The position numbers were made by a program, and so were the translations under genes. From assembly GCA_951406725.2 (NCBI GenBank), contig OX597834.1:1302001-1366000 (forward strand): 64,000 bases of DNA, given 5' to 3'. The DNA is from Octopus vulgaris (lineage: Eukaryota). This document shows, piece by piece, positions 52,160 to 64,000 of the stretch; positions within the stretch are counted from its first letter, which is position 1; each line of letters opens with the position of its first letter. The notes beneath the pieces were generated by a model, which was given only the letters and a program-made list of their open reading frames with translations, was not told where the DNA came from and did not search any database.

Positions 52160-54063
52160 TTACAGGGTCATGCTCAAAATGGTTTCCGCACTCGCACGCA
52201 CCATCTTTGCAACATTCACCCATCGGCAGAGTTGCTTGAGAGCAACGCGACACTCGCGGTGCCATTCGCCTAGCCTCGCTCTCTGCTTGATCCATGACTG
52301 TAGTTCGTCCAAGGAGACGAGCTGCGGGAAAGCGCGCCGCACAAAAGGCGACCACGCCTGTTCACCGTCGTCTATGAAGCGCCGGAGATGTCGCAGTCTC
52401 AGCGCATGTCTGCGCATCATCAACCACGGCATTCCCAACCCTCCATTTAGCGGGTGTTGACAGCAAATGGATCACCTAACCATCGGAAGGTTTCCCTTCC
52501 ACAGGAAGCGGAAGAGTATACGTTCCAGTTTGGTGATGGTAGGGTCGGGACAAGGCACGACGGTCAGACGATACTCGATGACGGATGCGATGTACGCGTT
52601 CGCCACCTCCGCCCGACCTTTTAGGGATAGCTTTCTCTCAGCCCATTTCTGGGTGAGAGTAGCCACCTTAGTCGTTATCTCGCCCCAGTTCTTCTCCATT
52701 TGGAGGTCCAGACCGAACCAGACCCCGAGCAATTTAACCGGTCCGTCCGTCCAGCGTCCCACGATGGAGACGCTGTTGGACGGCATGGGCCTGCTTCTCC
52801 AGGTGCCGAGCCGCAAGCCCACTGACTTTTCCCGGTTAATTTTTGCTCCCGTTACCGCTTCGTATTCTTTTAGTGTCTCGCCTACCAGCTCGATGTGCTG
52901 GTAGCTCGACACTATGACGGTGACGTCATCCGCGTATGCAGACACGCTCCTCCCGCATCCCAGCTCTCGTGGGATGCCCTCAGCGTCGCCAGTTTCTGCA
53001 GTAGTGGCTAAAGTGTCAATACATACAGCAGCGATGAGAGGGGACATCCCTGACGAACCGAACGCATGATGTTAAAAGGTCTGGATAGATGACCATTTAC
53101 GCGAACTACTGAGGTTGTCATGAATACTTCTACCCGGCACGGCGCATGTTTGCGCCTTGTCGATTAGTTTCTTGATGACAAGCGCCAACCTCTCGGCTAA
53201 CACCTTGGCCAAAAATTTCAAATCTGCGTTGAGCAGAGTGATGGGCCTGAAATTATCTATGACGTCTCCCTTGTTTGGGTCTTTCTTAATCAGTGCCACT
53301 GTTCCTCGCTTTACAAAAGCAGGAATACTCCCGTTTTGCTGCCAGTTGCAGTAGACAGCTGCCAAGACGCCTCCAAACAAGTCTGGCATATGAAAATAAA
53401 ATTCGTAGGGCAGACCATCCAAGCCTGGTGACTTGTCTCTCGCGCAGCCTACCATCGCATCCTGTACGTCCGCAGCTGTGATAGGCTTTTCACAAGACTC
53501 CACCTCCCTTGCTGAGAGTCGTGGCAAGGCATGCAGGTAGGCACTAAAGTCCACTCTGCGTTCTGACCCACCACTTGTCCCAAACAGTTGGGTGAAGTGT
53601 TGTTGAAAAGCCCCACACATCCTTTTAGGCTCGAGCAATTCGCGCCCCTGTTCATCTATAAGAGACTTGATGGTGGCTCTGTTGCCTCGCTCCGTCTCCA
53701 CCACTCGGGCCTCTTGGGCGGCTCCAACTCCTTCGTTCTTCAGAGCACGCAACCTAGCTCTGACAACGCATCCCTCGTGTTTGGCGTTGAGGTGTTGGTC
53801 GAGGGCCAATCTCGCCGCCAGCACGTTGGACGCGATGCCAGTTCTAAGTGCCTCTTCTAAAACCTTAACTAATTCTCCCTCTATTCTGTTTCGGTCTAAT
53901 GCTAGGGCTTTACTCTATCTGACTGATTCTGTTTTAATTGCTTTTTTTAGGGCATACCACCATCTGTTGTTAATGATGGTACCCGTCAAAGCTCTCTTAA
54001 CAGGTAGCCTTGTTTCCAAGGCGACCCCAAGCCACGTACATTTATACTGCCTATTCTGAGCAT
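52160..54063 (-). pseudogene. Tx1-like ORF2 (APE-RT) pseudogene with three apparent internal deletions
   Basis: MLRIGSINVRGLG | ...KSPGLDGLPYEFY...NFRPITLLNADLK...GRSIHDNL | VVRVNG...VRQGCPLS...AYADDVT...GAKINREKS...LSLKGRA...LKQLC | RWVNVAKM. Confidence 0.88.
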
Positions 54064-54644
54064 GTTCCGATATAAAATTGTGTTTTACACACGAAAAGAA
54101 AGTGCAAAAAAGGAAAGAGAGAGAGAAAAGGTTACTTGTTGTCCGAAAGTCCTTTGTTTTTCACCTCACAGTCTTCTTCCATGAGGTTTTTATATAGTTT
54201 CTTTGATGAATATTTTTGAAATCTCCCTACTGCATCAGGGTAAAGAGATTTCAGGGCGCTGTATGTGTTCTGTGTTACGTGTATTATTTTAATGTGTTGT
54301 GGTGGTGTTGTGCGTGGGTGGTTATTTGTTTTTATGTCGTTTTCAGTTATGTTGGTGTTTGACCTAATGTATTCCATTAGGTCGTGGTTGTTTGTGTTTA
54401 TGGCTGTCAACATTGTTGGGGGTTTGATGATGGTGTGTTTGTGTTGATGTGTTCGTTTTCTGTGGATATTTTGGTTTCGGGAGTGGTGAATCTTCCTGCT
54501 TTGTTTGTTATCTTTTCTTTTCTTTTTTTTTCCCTTTTCTTCTCCCCCCTGTGGCTATTTGCCAATCTTCTGTGTCTTCTTCGTCTAATGACAAATCAGA
54601 GGAATCAGAGATTGGGAGGGGGAAATATTGGGGTCTATTGTAGA

Positions 54645-56231
54645 CTATGTTGATTTTGTTGTTGGTGTTGGTTGGTGAGCGTTAGGTTGTGGTGTATGCG
54701 GTTTTGGAGGTGGGGTGTGGGTATTTTGTGTTTGAGTGATTGTAGGTATTGTTGTGTTGTTTGGGGTGTCAATTTTGTGGGGATTTGGAGTAGTAATTGT
54801 CTCTTCATTTTCGATGAGTGTCTTTTTGGCAGATATTCTTGGTTTGGGAGTTGGTTTATTCTTGGTTGTTGTTGTTGGTGTTGTTTCTGTTCTTGGTGCA
54901 GTTGGTGGTGTTGTTTGGTTGGTGAGGTTTGTTTTTTGTTGATTTTCTGTGATTAGTCCTGTTTGTACAAATTGTGGTATGGGTAGTAAAGCTGGCTTTT
55001 TTGTTTTTTCCGGCTGCTGTTGTTGTTGCTGTTGTTTTCTTGCGGCAGATTTGCAATCTTTTTTTAGATGTTGCTCACTGCCGCATATGTAGCAACGTGG
55101 TCTTCTGCCATCGACGACCACATACAACTTGTGGTCTTCTGATACACATATCTGAGTGGGTATTTTCTTTATATCATCTTGGTTTATGTGTAGTAGAAAT
55201 TCTACTCTTTTTCCCACCCAGTTTTTGTGTTCCGTGACCGTAGTTTCTAAAATTGTGAAATCTTCCATTTTCACACGTAAGGCCTTTGCTAGCCATAGAT
55301 TGTTCGCTATTTTTGGGACATTGTTTAAAGCGATCTTAGTCACTTTCTGTCCACGGTAGCTTGGTATTAATGTCAGTTCATCTGAATGAAGAGTTAGCGT
55401 TGAGAAACGTTTTGCTAACTCTTCAGTGTGGAAGACCACTTGTATGTGCGCGAACTTATTCCACCAGGGCACATAAACTTTGAAGTTCCAGATGGGTTTC
55501 AAGCATTTTTCGATTTTGCTTGTGTTAGCCTTCTCTGGACTTTTTGTTTTCTTATTAATTATTTTATATACAATAGTTCTTTTTTTTTCATTTTCTAATA
55601 TTTCTTGTGGTATGTTTATTTTTACTATACCATCTACTTCCGTTATTAAAACTTTGGTATCTTTTATCTGTTGTGCAGTAAAATATACTGTTGTCTTTTT
55701 TTTTATAGCCTCGGCGAAATTTGTTGTTCTTTTGTTATTGTTGTTGCTGGTGGTGATGTTGCTTTTGGCTGCAATTGGTAAAATCGGTGTATTTGGTTTG
55801 ATTGTGCAAGTAGGAAGGGGTGGAAAATTACTTGCATAGTTTGTCCCTGCGTTCGAGCAGCTTTTGTCAATTTGTTTGGTGGTCACAGTCTTTTGTTTAT
55901 TTCCTTCAGTTCTTGGTGTTGGAGGAAACAAGGTCTGAACGGAATTGTTGTTGTTGTTGTTATTGTTGTTTTTGTTGTTGGTGTTGGCGGTGGTGTCAGT
56001 GGCAGAAGAGACAGCCTTGGCAGCAGATGTCGAAATGGTGGCGCAATTGTTGTTATTCTTGTTGTCATTGTTATTGTTGTTGTTGTTGGTAGTTGAGGTA
56101 GTGGATGAGGTGGTGGTGGTGGTGGAGGCGGTGGTGGTAACAGTAGTAGTCTCGTTGTTGTTGTTGTTGTTGTTAGTGGTGGTGGTGGTGACAGGGCTGT
56201 TACCGCAAGTGGTTGCAGCGTTCACTGCCAC
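54645..56231 (-). CDS. Tx1-like ORF1 protein (CCHC zinc knuckle; low-complexity Asn/Thr/Gln tracts)
   Basis: 528-aa open frame with LYVVVDGRRPRCYICGSEQHLKKDC (CX2CX4HX4C); it probably once continued to about 54132. Confidence 0.8.
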   Translation of the reverse strand: MAVNAATTCGNSPVTTTTTNNNNNNNETTTVTTTASTTTTTSSTTSTTNNNNNNNDNKNNNNCATISTSAAKAVSSATDTTANTNNKNNNNNNNNNSVQTLFPPTPRTEGNKQKTVTTKQIDKSCSNAGTNYASNFPPLPTCTIKPNTPILPIAAKSNITTSNNNNKRTTNFAEAIKKKTTVYFTAQQIKDTKVLITEVDGIVKINIPQEILENEKKRTIVYKIINKKTKSPEKANTSKIEKCLKPIWNFKVYVPWWNKFAHIQVVFHTEELAKRFSTLTLHSDELTLIPSYRGQKVTKIALNNVPKIANNLWLAKALRVKMEDFTILETTVTEHKNWVGKRVEFLLHINQDDIKKIPTQICVSEDHKLYVVVDGRRPRCYICGSEQHLKKDCKSAARKQQQQQQQPEKTKKPALLPIPQFVQTGLITENQQKTNLTNQTTPPTAPRTETTPTTTTKNKPTPKPRISAKKTLIENEETITTPNPHKIDTPNNTTIPTITQTQNTHTPPPKPHTPQPNAHQPTPTTKST

Positions 56232-56557
56232 GTCATTTAGATTTGCACTTTGCGTGCATAAGTTCTTTTTTCTTCTCCTAGCGTTTCCAGACTAGGAAAA
56301 TGTTGGTCGATAAAGGAACGCGACCAGCGTTCTACAATACAATTTCTCGACATTTTCAAAATGTTGAGAAGAATATTACACAAATTAAATAGGGTTGAAA
56401 CTGACCCTAGGGGCGAATTCCTCCCTTGGAAAAGCACTCAAACGAAAGTTAGGTGCCTTACACACCTAATTTACAAAAATGTACTCAAAATATGGGCTAT
56501 AAATAGTCAAAATAAACGAGTACCTTCGGAGCCAAAGTGACAGCACGTCCGTAGATG

Positions 56558-56642
<85 letters not shown>

Positions 56643-57237
56643 GTAGGTAGGTAGGTAGGTAGGTAGGTAGGTAGGTAGGTAGGCAGGCAGGTAGGTGGGT
56701 AGGTAGATAGATAGATAGATATTCAAACACATTATTATTTATGTATTTATGTATGCATGTATGTATGCATGCATGTATGTATGTATGTATGTATGTATGT
56801 ATGTATGTATGTATGTATGTATGTATGTATGTATGTATGTATGTGTGTGTGTATGTATGTATGTATGGAGGTATGTATGTATGTAGAAAGCGAGCTTGTA
56901 TTAAATTTAAGCTATAAATATTTTGTGGGTATTAATTATCAAATATGGCTGACCTTAATGACGGAACATCGTCATAAAATAAACGAATATATTAACAACA
57001 GTGTCATCATCAAAAATAACAACAACAACGACAACGACAACAAAAACAACAACAATAAAATAGATATTTGCAATCAATAAAAGAAACATATTAAAAATGC
57101 TGTTAGAAACAATAATTTGCATAAAATAGAGAAAACATCAAGTCAAAAGGAAATGGGTGAAGACAAAGTTAATTTACACCGAAATTTAGTGCGTAAATTT
57201 ATACAAATAAATTACACAATGGTATTATATCGTGAGT

Positions 57238-57440
57238 AGCGAAATGCTTAGCGGTATTTCGTCTGTCGCTACGTTGTGAGTTCAAATTCCATCGAGGTCG
57301 ACTTTGTCTTTCATCCTTTCGGGGTCGATAAATTAAGTACCAGTTACGCACTGGTATCGATGTTATTGACTTAATACCTATGTCTGTCCTTGTTTGTTCC
57401 CTCTGTGTTTAGCCCCTTGTGGGTAATAAAGAAATAGGTG
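57238..57440 (+). mobile_element. 5'-truncated SINE, abundant family, with 13-bp target-site duplication
   Basis: TTATATCGTGAGT at 57225-57237 and 57441-57453 flanks GCGAAATGCTTAGCGG...GAGTTCAAATTCC...AATAAAGAAATAGG. Confidence 0.88.
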
Positions 57441-58199
57441 TTATATCGTGAGTTTACACAGTGAAATATCAACAGTAAATTGTGTAAATTTATACATGTG
57501 AGAGTAAATTGAATTTTTAATAAAATGAGTGAAACTTTACAAAAATCTGAGGAAATAAAAAGACAATGGTAAATGTAGGAAATGGTTTTAAGGCAACGTC
57601 CTTCCACATTTGACCACCACCAGTTTCATTTCCACATACTGTCCTTCGGTTGTAAATATAATACTGTCGTGTGCAACTTCTGAGTGGTATTTAGCTACTC
57701 TTTCCAGCATCCATATGACTCTTCATTACCTTTCGTTTCTAACTTTGGTGCGTATATCTTTGTCGGTTGCAATTGAACAGAAATATGATCAGAGTTGTTC
57801 CAACCTCGTCTCTTTCCTGTGTAGAAGGCACCTGAGGTCCTAGTATCTAGCGTGCTTTTCTATTTAGAGGTCTGAGTATTATTTGAGGGCATGTGGCTGG
57901 TATTTCTAGTACTTTCGAGCGATCACATTGTGGTTCCCCTGCTGGCTGATTATAAAGTTATTTCTGTTAGTAGTAAGTTATTCAAGACGTCCAGATTCGA
58001 ATCCTTGTCCAGCTTTCCATTCCCTATGAAATCCTTGTCATGCTTAACTTCTTGGCAACGGTTCTTCACAACTTACCATTTTTTTTCTTTCATTAATTTC
58101 TAATGAAGTAAATTGTCAAATGAAATAAAACTATTATTTTAAGCAGAAGTTAAGGAATCAAAACGATCCTCTGTCGCTTACGATGCTTCCAGTTGTTTG

Positions 58200-58625
58200 A
58201 ACAACTGAAGTGTTTATTCAATGTATTATCGTGTAACTGGCTGAGTATACCACAGATTTATGCACTACCCTTATCGTAGTTGCGAGATAGAACGAGTGTT
58301 ACATGTATGTGACAAAAATGTTTCTTTAAATTACAGACAGAAACCATCCGTCTATTCCAAGAATACGAAACTGATTATTCCTTATACACCTGTACACTTA
58401 ATGTAAGCGACAAGTAGAGCCAGTGACACAGTGTGAGACAAGGCTTACCCCCTTGAATTACTGGTACATATACATTTCCTCCATCGGACGAAGTCCAATA
58501 CAGTTTCTGCCAAAACTCAAAAGTAAATTGCATTTGTTTCAAATCCCGGATAACAGAATCGAACCTGGTAACTCACGAATACGAAGCAAACCGCTTAACT
58601 ATTTTGGCTATGCCTGCCTCCACAA
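58200..58625 (-). mobile_element. Diverged tRNA-derived SINE (family of 22020-22310)
   Basis: GGCTGAGTATACCACAGA, GTGACACAGTGTGAGACAAGGCT, GAATCGAACCTGG...CTTAACTA...GGCTATGCC. Confidence 0.65.
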
Positions 58626-59309
58626 CATGGAAGCTTGGCTGCAACATGAGCTGTTTCGTCGGCCATCATACACTGACAACGTTTATAAATTAATTTTTCA
58701 CTGTTGTCAAAGCATCACGTCACCAAGTACTAAGAGCTTTGCTAATTATTCCTATGTATGAAAATAAGTTTTAATTGAATCTCTATGCAAATAAGTTTAC
58801 CTGCGTCTATTTCTAAATTAGTTCACCCACATTTAAATAGAATTGACTATGTTTACATTACTATGTAAATTAATTTATTTTATTTATGTTATTTTATTCG
58901 CGCATACATTGGTTTCCATAATCATTATGTATGCACGGAGACATTTGTTTAGCAATAAGTAAGTTGATTTATTGAATGAATAAATACGAGCGAAGGAAAC
59001 TGTGAGGAGAAGGAAAAAACATTTTTGTATCTATCTGTATGTGTGTGTGTGTGTATGCATGCATGTATGTATGTATGTATGTATGTATGTATGTATGTAT
59101 GTATGTATGTGTGTGTGTGTATGCATGCATGTATGTATGTATGTATGTATGTATGTATGTATGTATGTATGTATGTATGTATGCATGTATATATGTATGC
59201 ATACATGCATGTATGTATGTATGTATGTATGAATGTATGTATGTATGTATGCATGCATGCATGTATGTATGTATGTATTATGTATGTATGTATGTATGTA
59301 TGTATGTAT

Positions 59310-59540
59310 ATCATTATTCAGTTTTATTTCAAGATTTCTTGTCAATAGAGAAAGAGTCAATTCCTAACCCACACCCAAGGCTCTTTCATTGGAATTTCGA
59401 CAACAGGGTATTTTTCGCGCGCGCGAAAAATCACAACGTCAAGTCTATTGTGTTTATATTATATTGTGGTTTTCACTGGGATATTCCCCTAGTGTTCCTT
59501 TTTATGAGTGGTTTTAACCTCTACTATACGGAAGATTCTT
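59310..59540 (-). mobile_element. 3' end of a (CATA)n-associated retroelement inside a TATG array
   Basis: Homologous to 27735-27850; TATG repeats on both sides. Confidence 0.7.
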
Positions 59541-59614
59541 AGGTATGTATGTATGTATGTATGTATGTATGCATGTATGTATGTATGTATGTATGTATGT
59601 ATGTATGTATATGA

Positions 59615-59770
59615 AGGGTGCGTCGGACAAAAATGCTGAACAGCATTTCTTCTGGCTCTTTACTTCCTGAGTTCAAGTCCCATCGAGGTCAACCTTGCCT
59701 TTCATCCTTTCACGGTCAACAAAATCAAATACCAGCCAAGTACTGAAATTGATGTAATCGATTTGCCTCC
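59615..59770 (+). mobile_element. SINE, abundant family (further diverged copies near 62560-62700 and 63030-63160)
   Basis: CCTGAGTTCAAGTCCCATCGAGGTCAACCTTGCCTTTCATCCTTTC. Confidence 0.7.
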
Positions 59771-59897
59771 GAGATTAGTGACCGGGAACTTTGCATCACA
59801 CCGGTGTTTCATTAAGAGGGAACGTGGCCATGTCAGTCATTCATACGCCATAGAAAGCGGACAACCGACTTTGTAAACCTTGGAGCTCAAGAAAACG

Positions 59898-59948
<51 letters not shown>

Positions 59949-60668
59949 TGATTGATTGATTGATTGATATGGCATTAGTCAAATTGATACAAACGGCTCT
60001 AATAAGAATCCAACAAAGCTCGAGAATCGATTATGACTGTTCATCGTGTCCTTCCATTTCCAAAGAGATTGTGAAATCTGCCCAGTTTCTATAATCTCCT
60101 GCATTGGTTACATTCATATCAAGCCTCGATACTCTCTGCACTGGGATCCCCGTTCACAGCCTCTCATATAAAGTAAGCACACGCCTCCAGTTTTCCGTAA
60201 CTGCTGCATTTGTTGAGTATATAAACAGATTGACTACTTATTTCTCGGGTATTACATAACAACTACATATATATATACATACATACATACATACATACAT
60301 ACATACATACATACATACACACACACATACACACACACACATATTCATTTTTATTATTAACTGCGGTTCTGCTCTCGGTGAACACAGAATTTATCGTTCA
60401 CCCTTTCACGCATAGCTGTGAATCCAGAGAACCGACACTGGTTTCTATACCGTTAAAAACATCTGATGGAAAATTACCCCTGGATTCGGCGCTAGTGTAT
60501 AGGAAATTGATTTTCCAATTTCTTATCACCTTATTGTTAGATAAAGTGACAAAAATGTCAGGCTAAGCTTGAAACTAATGCAACGGAATGATATATAGGC
60601 ACAGTTATGTTACATAACAGCGTTACGCATGTATGTTTTGTGTTTGTGTTTGTGTGTGTGTGTGTGTA

Positions 60669-60707
<39 letters not shown>

Positions 60708-61004
60708 CTGTGCGTGTGTGAGTGTGTGATATGATATATAGCTACAGTTTTGTTATACAACAGCTTAAATAACAAAACGTAAAACATCGTTAGTGCTTGA
60801 GAAGAGAACGGAAGTCATCGACCATTAGCTTACATTTCTCTTTTGCATCTGATGACTGCTTGAAATATTCTGTAGCTGGATCAAAGGTATGCGTATGCGT
60901 ATATGTATGTACGTGTATGTGTGTGTGTGTAAGTACGTGTATAGGTATATGTATTTGTGTATATATGTTTGTACGTATGTAAGTATACATGTATGCATAT
61001 ATGT

Positions 61005-61330
61005 ATATTTCCTTCTGTTTTTAATTATTTGAAGTCTTTCTTGTAAGGAAGGGGCTGGTTTCTAACAAAGATACAAACCACCACTATTCAAATGTAGATA
61101 ACAAAAACAATGTCACACATGTTCAACTTGAGAAAAGTCTTGCAGATTTTTACTGTTCCTCTTACAGGTCGCATTTGTAAGGTGCGAGTTAGTTGGTTGA
61201 TTTGTTTTTCTGAAGACCCCAGCTTTTCCAAACTGTCATTTAGTTATTTACTCACAAAGCCAAGTGTACCAATTATTACTGGTATAAATGTGAATTTATG
61301 AGTCCGGATATTAAAACTGGACGTTTCAAA
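61005..61330 (-). mobile_element. 3' end of an RLE-type LINE with CATA-like tail
   Basis: KFTFIPVIIGTLGFVSK*LNDSLEKLG...RGTVKICKTFLKLN; the 3' UTR contains GTTAGAAACCAGC. Confidence 0.8.
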
Positions 61331-61574
61331 GCAGTTGTCCATATTTATCCTCTTTGTCTTTGTCTTTCAAACGGATATTCACACCAACAGGACAGCTGAC
61401 CTCTATACCTGTATATACTTTTTCTTGTGTGTGGTTGTACTTATGCATATCTACCACCACATGTATGCATACGAAAGATTTGATCCAGTTTTCACGTGTT
61501 ATCAATGAAAATCGCCCTGCATGTGAAATTTCTTTATTTTGGAGGGTGTAGGAGAAAGTGGGGTTGCCTTATTT

Positions 61575-61850
61575 AAGGCAACCCCACTCTCTCAAACACA
61601 TTTCTGCTGCAGACAAAATGAGGTGCTTTTTGTCAATCGCTACTTTCATGGCCTCTCCTCCACACATCTGGAGGATCATCCACCACTCCAACTCTCTCAT
61701 CTCGTCTCCCTTCCCTCATTTTATGTTCAAGTTTTCCGTGACCCCCACTAACCTCTACGATTTTGTCTCTTCTTCATCTTCTGTCTTTCAACAGTACAAA
61801 CGAAACACTAAACATGTCAATCCCTTTTTCGTTTTCTAAGGGTTGCAGAA
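61575..61850 (+). mobile_element. CR1/Jockey-like LINE 3' remnant
   Basis: PLSQTH...LFVNRYFHGLSSTHL...PP resembles the C-terminal motif of this group. Confidence 0.45.
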
Positions 61851-64000
61851 ACTACGGATTATAGGGCTGTTGCTTCTTATGTAGTAAACGATTTTAGCGA
61901 AATGTTCAGGTCTGTAAACGCTTTGATTATGTTCAAATACTTTTTACTGAATAAACAAACGAGGGGAACGCCGAACGGTCACTTAACTTTCTAGAAATAG
62001 TAACTAGGACTCCTCCTTCAAGCCAGATTTTTCCGTTTAGAAAAGAACACATTGTATAATGTATTGTTGGGTTATTGACCCACAGGACAACGGCAGGATG
62101 GTTATGGTTGGGACTGCTTTGGTGATGTGTCTGGTCGATGATGTTTGACCCAAGGCAAAATTTCACCACCACCTCCGACAACAACGATAACAATAACAGC
62201 CATTATCATGACGCTGTGCTGATGTCGAAGAGATCTCAATGAAGAGATTTGGGCATGAAATCAACGAATATCTTTAAACTGCACAACAGAAAACATAAAG
62301 ACAATTGAAATAAATAATTATGTTAGATCATTAACTGAATTTCTATGTTTAATTAACCATGAGAAATATAATGAGTTTATCATGGCCTCGGGAGGAAAAC
62401 TAGAAAACTATTTTCTGTCTCCCCTCATTATTGTAATGCCGTTGACTGGAAGCTGCTTTAGAAATACCTCTTCATTGTTTTAATGTAATTAAAATAACAA
62501 AGATGGAGAGGGAGGTCGACAGGTTTGTGGGGGGAGGTGTTTATCAGATCCCTTGTGGTATTTGTTCTGTCTCTATATGCTCCGAATTCAAATCCAGTTG
62601 GTCGCGGTCGACTTTGATTTGCAGCGTCCCGGGGAAGATAAAATAAAGGACCAATCAAGTACCGGGGTCCGTGTAATCGATTGAGATTTGTGCCTATATT
62701 AGCTGTGGAGGCAATGATGGTTAATGGAGGTGTTGCTGGGGGGGGGGTTCGAGGCAATGATGGGTGGTGGTCGTGGTCGTAGTCGTCGTCGTCGTCTTGG
62801 TGGTGGTGGTGGTGGTGGTGGTGGAGGCGGCGGCGGCGGTGGTGGTGGCGGTGGTGGTGGCGGTGGTGGTGGTGGTGGCGGCGGTGGTGCTGGTGGTGGT
62901 GGCGGTGGTCATCCCGTCGTCGTCGTCGTCGTTGGTATTTCCCTTTTTGTCATCACCCAGCATTAAGACCTGATTATCTTGTTATGATTCCCTTACCATT
63001 TCAAACAAAAACAGTCAAGATGGGGAAATGGTTGAAAGAATAGTGCGTCGAACAAAGTGTATTGCGATATTCAGCTCTTTATACTCCGAATTCACATCTA
63101 GTCGAGGTCAACGCTGCTGTCCGCCTGTTCGAGATCGACAAAATAAAATTCCAATCCAGAAATGTGGATTGGCGGAATTATTAGAGCGTTGGGCAAAATG
63201 ATCTTCAGGAAAGTTCCGGTCTAAACACCCAGGAAGGTAGAGGGAACCCTAAGGACACAGGAAAGTATGGTGAACTCATCCGGATCTCGATGAGAAGATG
63301 CCAATATCTTGTAAAAGATACCTAAATGAAAATTTCAAGGAACTTCGTATTCTGCCAGAAAAATTCCAGGACAATCATAGAAGAATCGTGTTGGAAGTTA
63401 CCAAGGAGCGTTCACTGATTCACCTAATGAGGGAAGAAAGAAGTGGGAGGGAGGGAAGATATACAACCTTTGGACATGTTCTCTTTCGGTGAGAGTTGAG
63501 GTTAGAGAGTTAAGAGCTTTACTTCGCAGTTCAAAGATCCAGTGTGTATCGATCCTACAGCATGGCGTGGCGCCATAGTTACATGAAGATCCATACTTTC
63601 AGAAAGATACTAAATTTATGACAATTGTATCAAAGTCCATCGGGTGGCGCGAAACCGTGACTCATAGTTTCCACAGTCTTACCACAAACTATCACACACA
63701 ACAACCACATTATCCAATGACACTTCCTAAAATGGGAGGGTGATTTAGCTGCTATTTCTAACAGGCTGAGTGTCCGCAGTGACGTCCTTTTACTGATGGC
63801 AATGTTTGCCCCAGGTCAATCCGAACCAATAGACAGAGCTATGATCAAAGACATTCCAATCATGGCCATTTGTATATATTTTGGAATAGTGCATTATCCA
63901 ATTTCTCTTATTTGTCAGATGTTGAGATCTTTAAGTGGAGGGTAACTTCTGAACTACAGGTGAGTGAGATCTGTAAGTGGGGGGGTAACTCCTGAACTAC

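Overview
Eukaryotic, AT-rich intergenic or intronic DNA saturated with microsatellites ((TA)n, (TG)n, (TATG)n, (GATA)n, (TAA)n and others). The repeat make-up and SINE families suggest a cephalopod (Octopus-like) genome; this is an inference. I recognise no host protein-coding gene, and most ORFs in the track are microsatellite translations. The recognisable content is transposable elements: (1) a decayed Tc1-type transposon with both TIRs (3010-4268); (2) several non-LTR retrotransposons with a restriction-like endonuclease (RLE), one set flanked by (TAA)n and another ending in (CATA)n; (3) a 4.7-kb Tx1-like LINE between (GATA)n arrays with three internal deletions in ORF2, plus short 3' ends of the same family in another GATA array; (4) Penelope-like elements (GIY-YIG); (5) RTE and CR1/Jockey remnants, Helitron-like ends and many tRNA-derived SINEs. 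The most notable region is 14.7-20.2 kb: four consecutive inverted repeats of Penelope type carrying hammerhead-ribozyme motifs, one with a canonical core but a much enlarged stem II domain and one with a variant core. Across the window, each retroelement family appears tied to its own microsatellite type.
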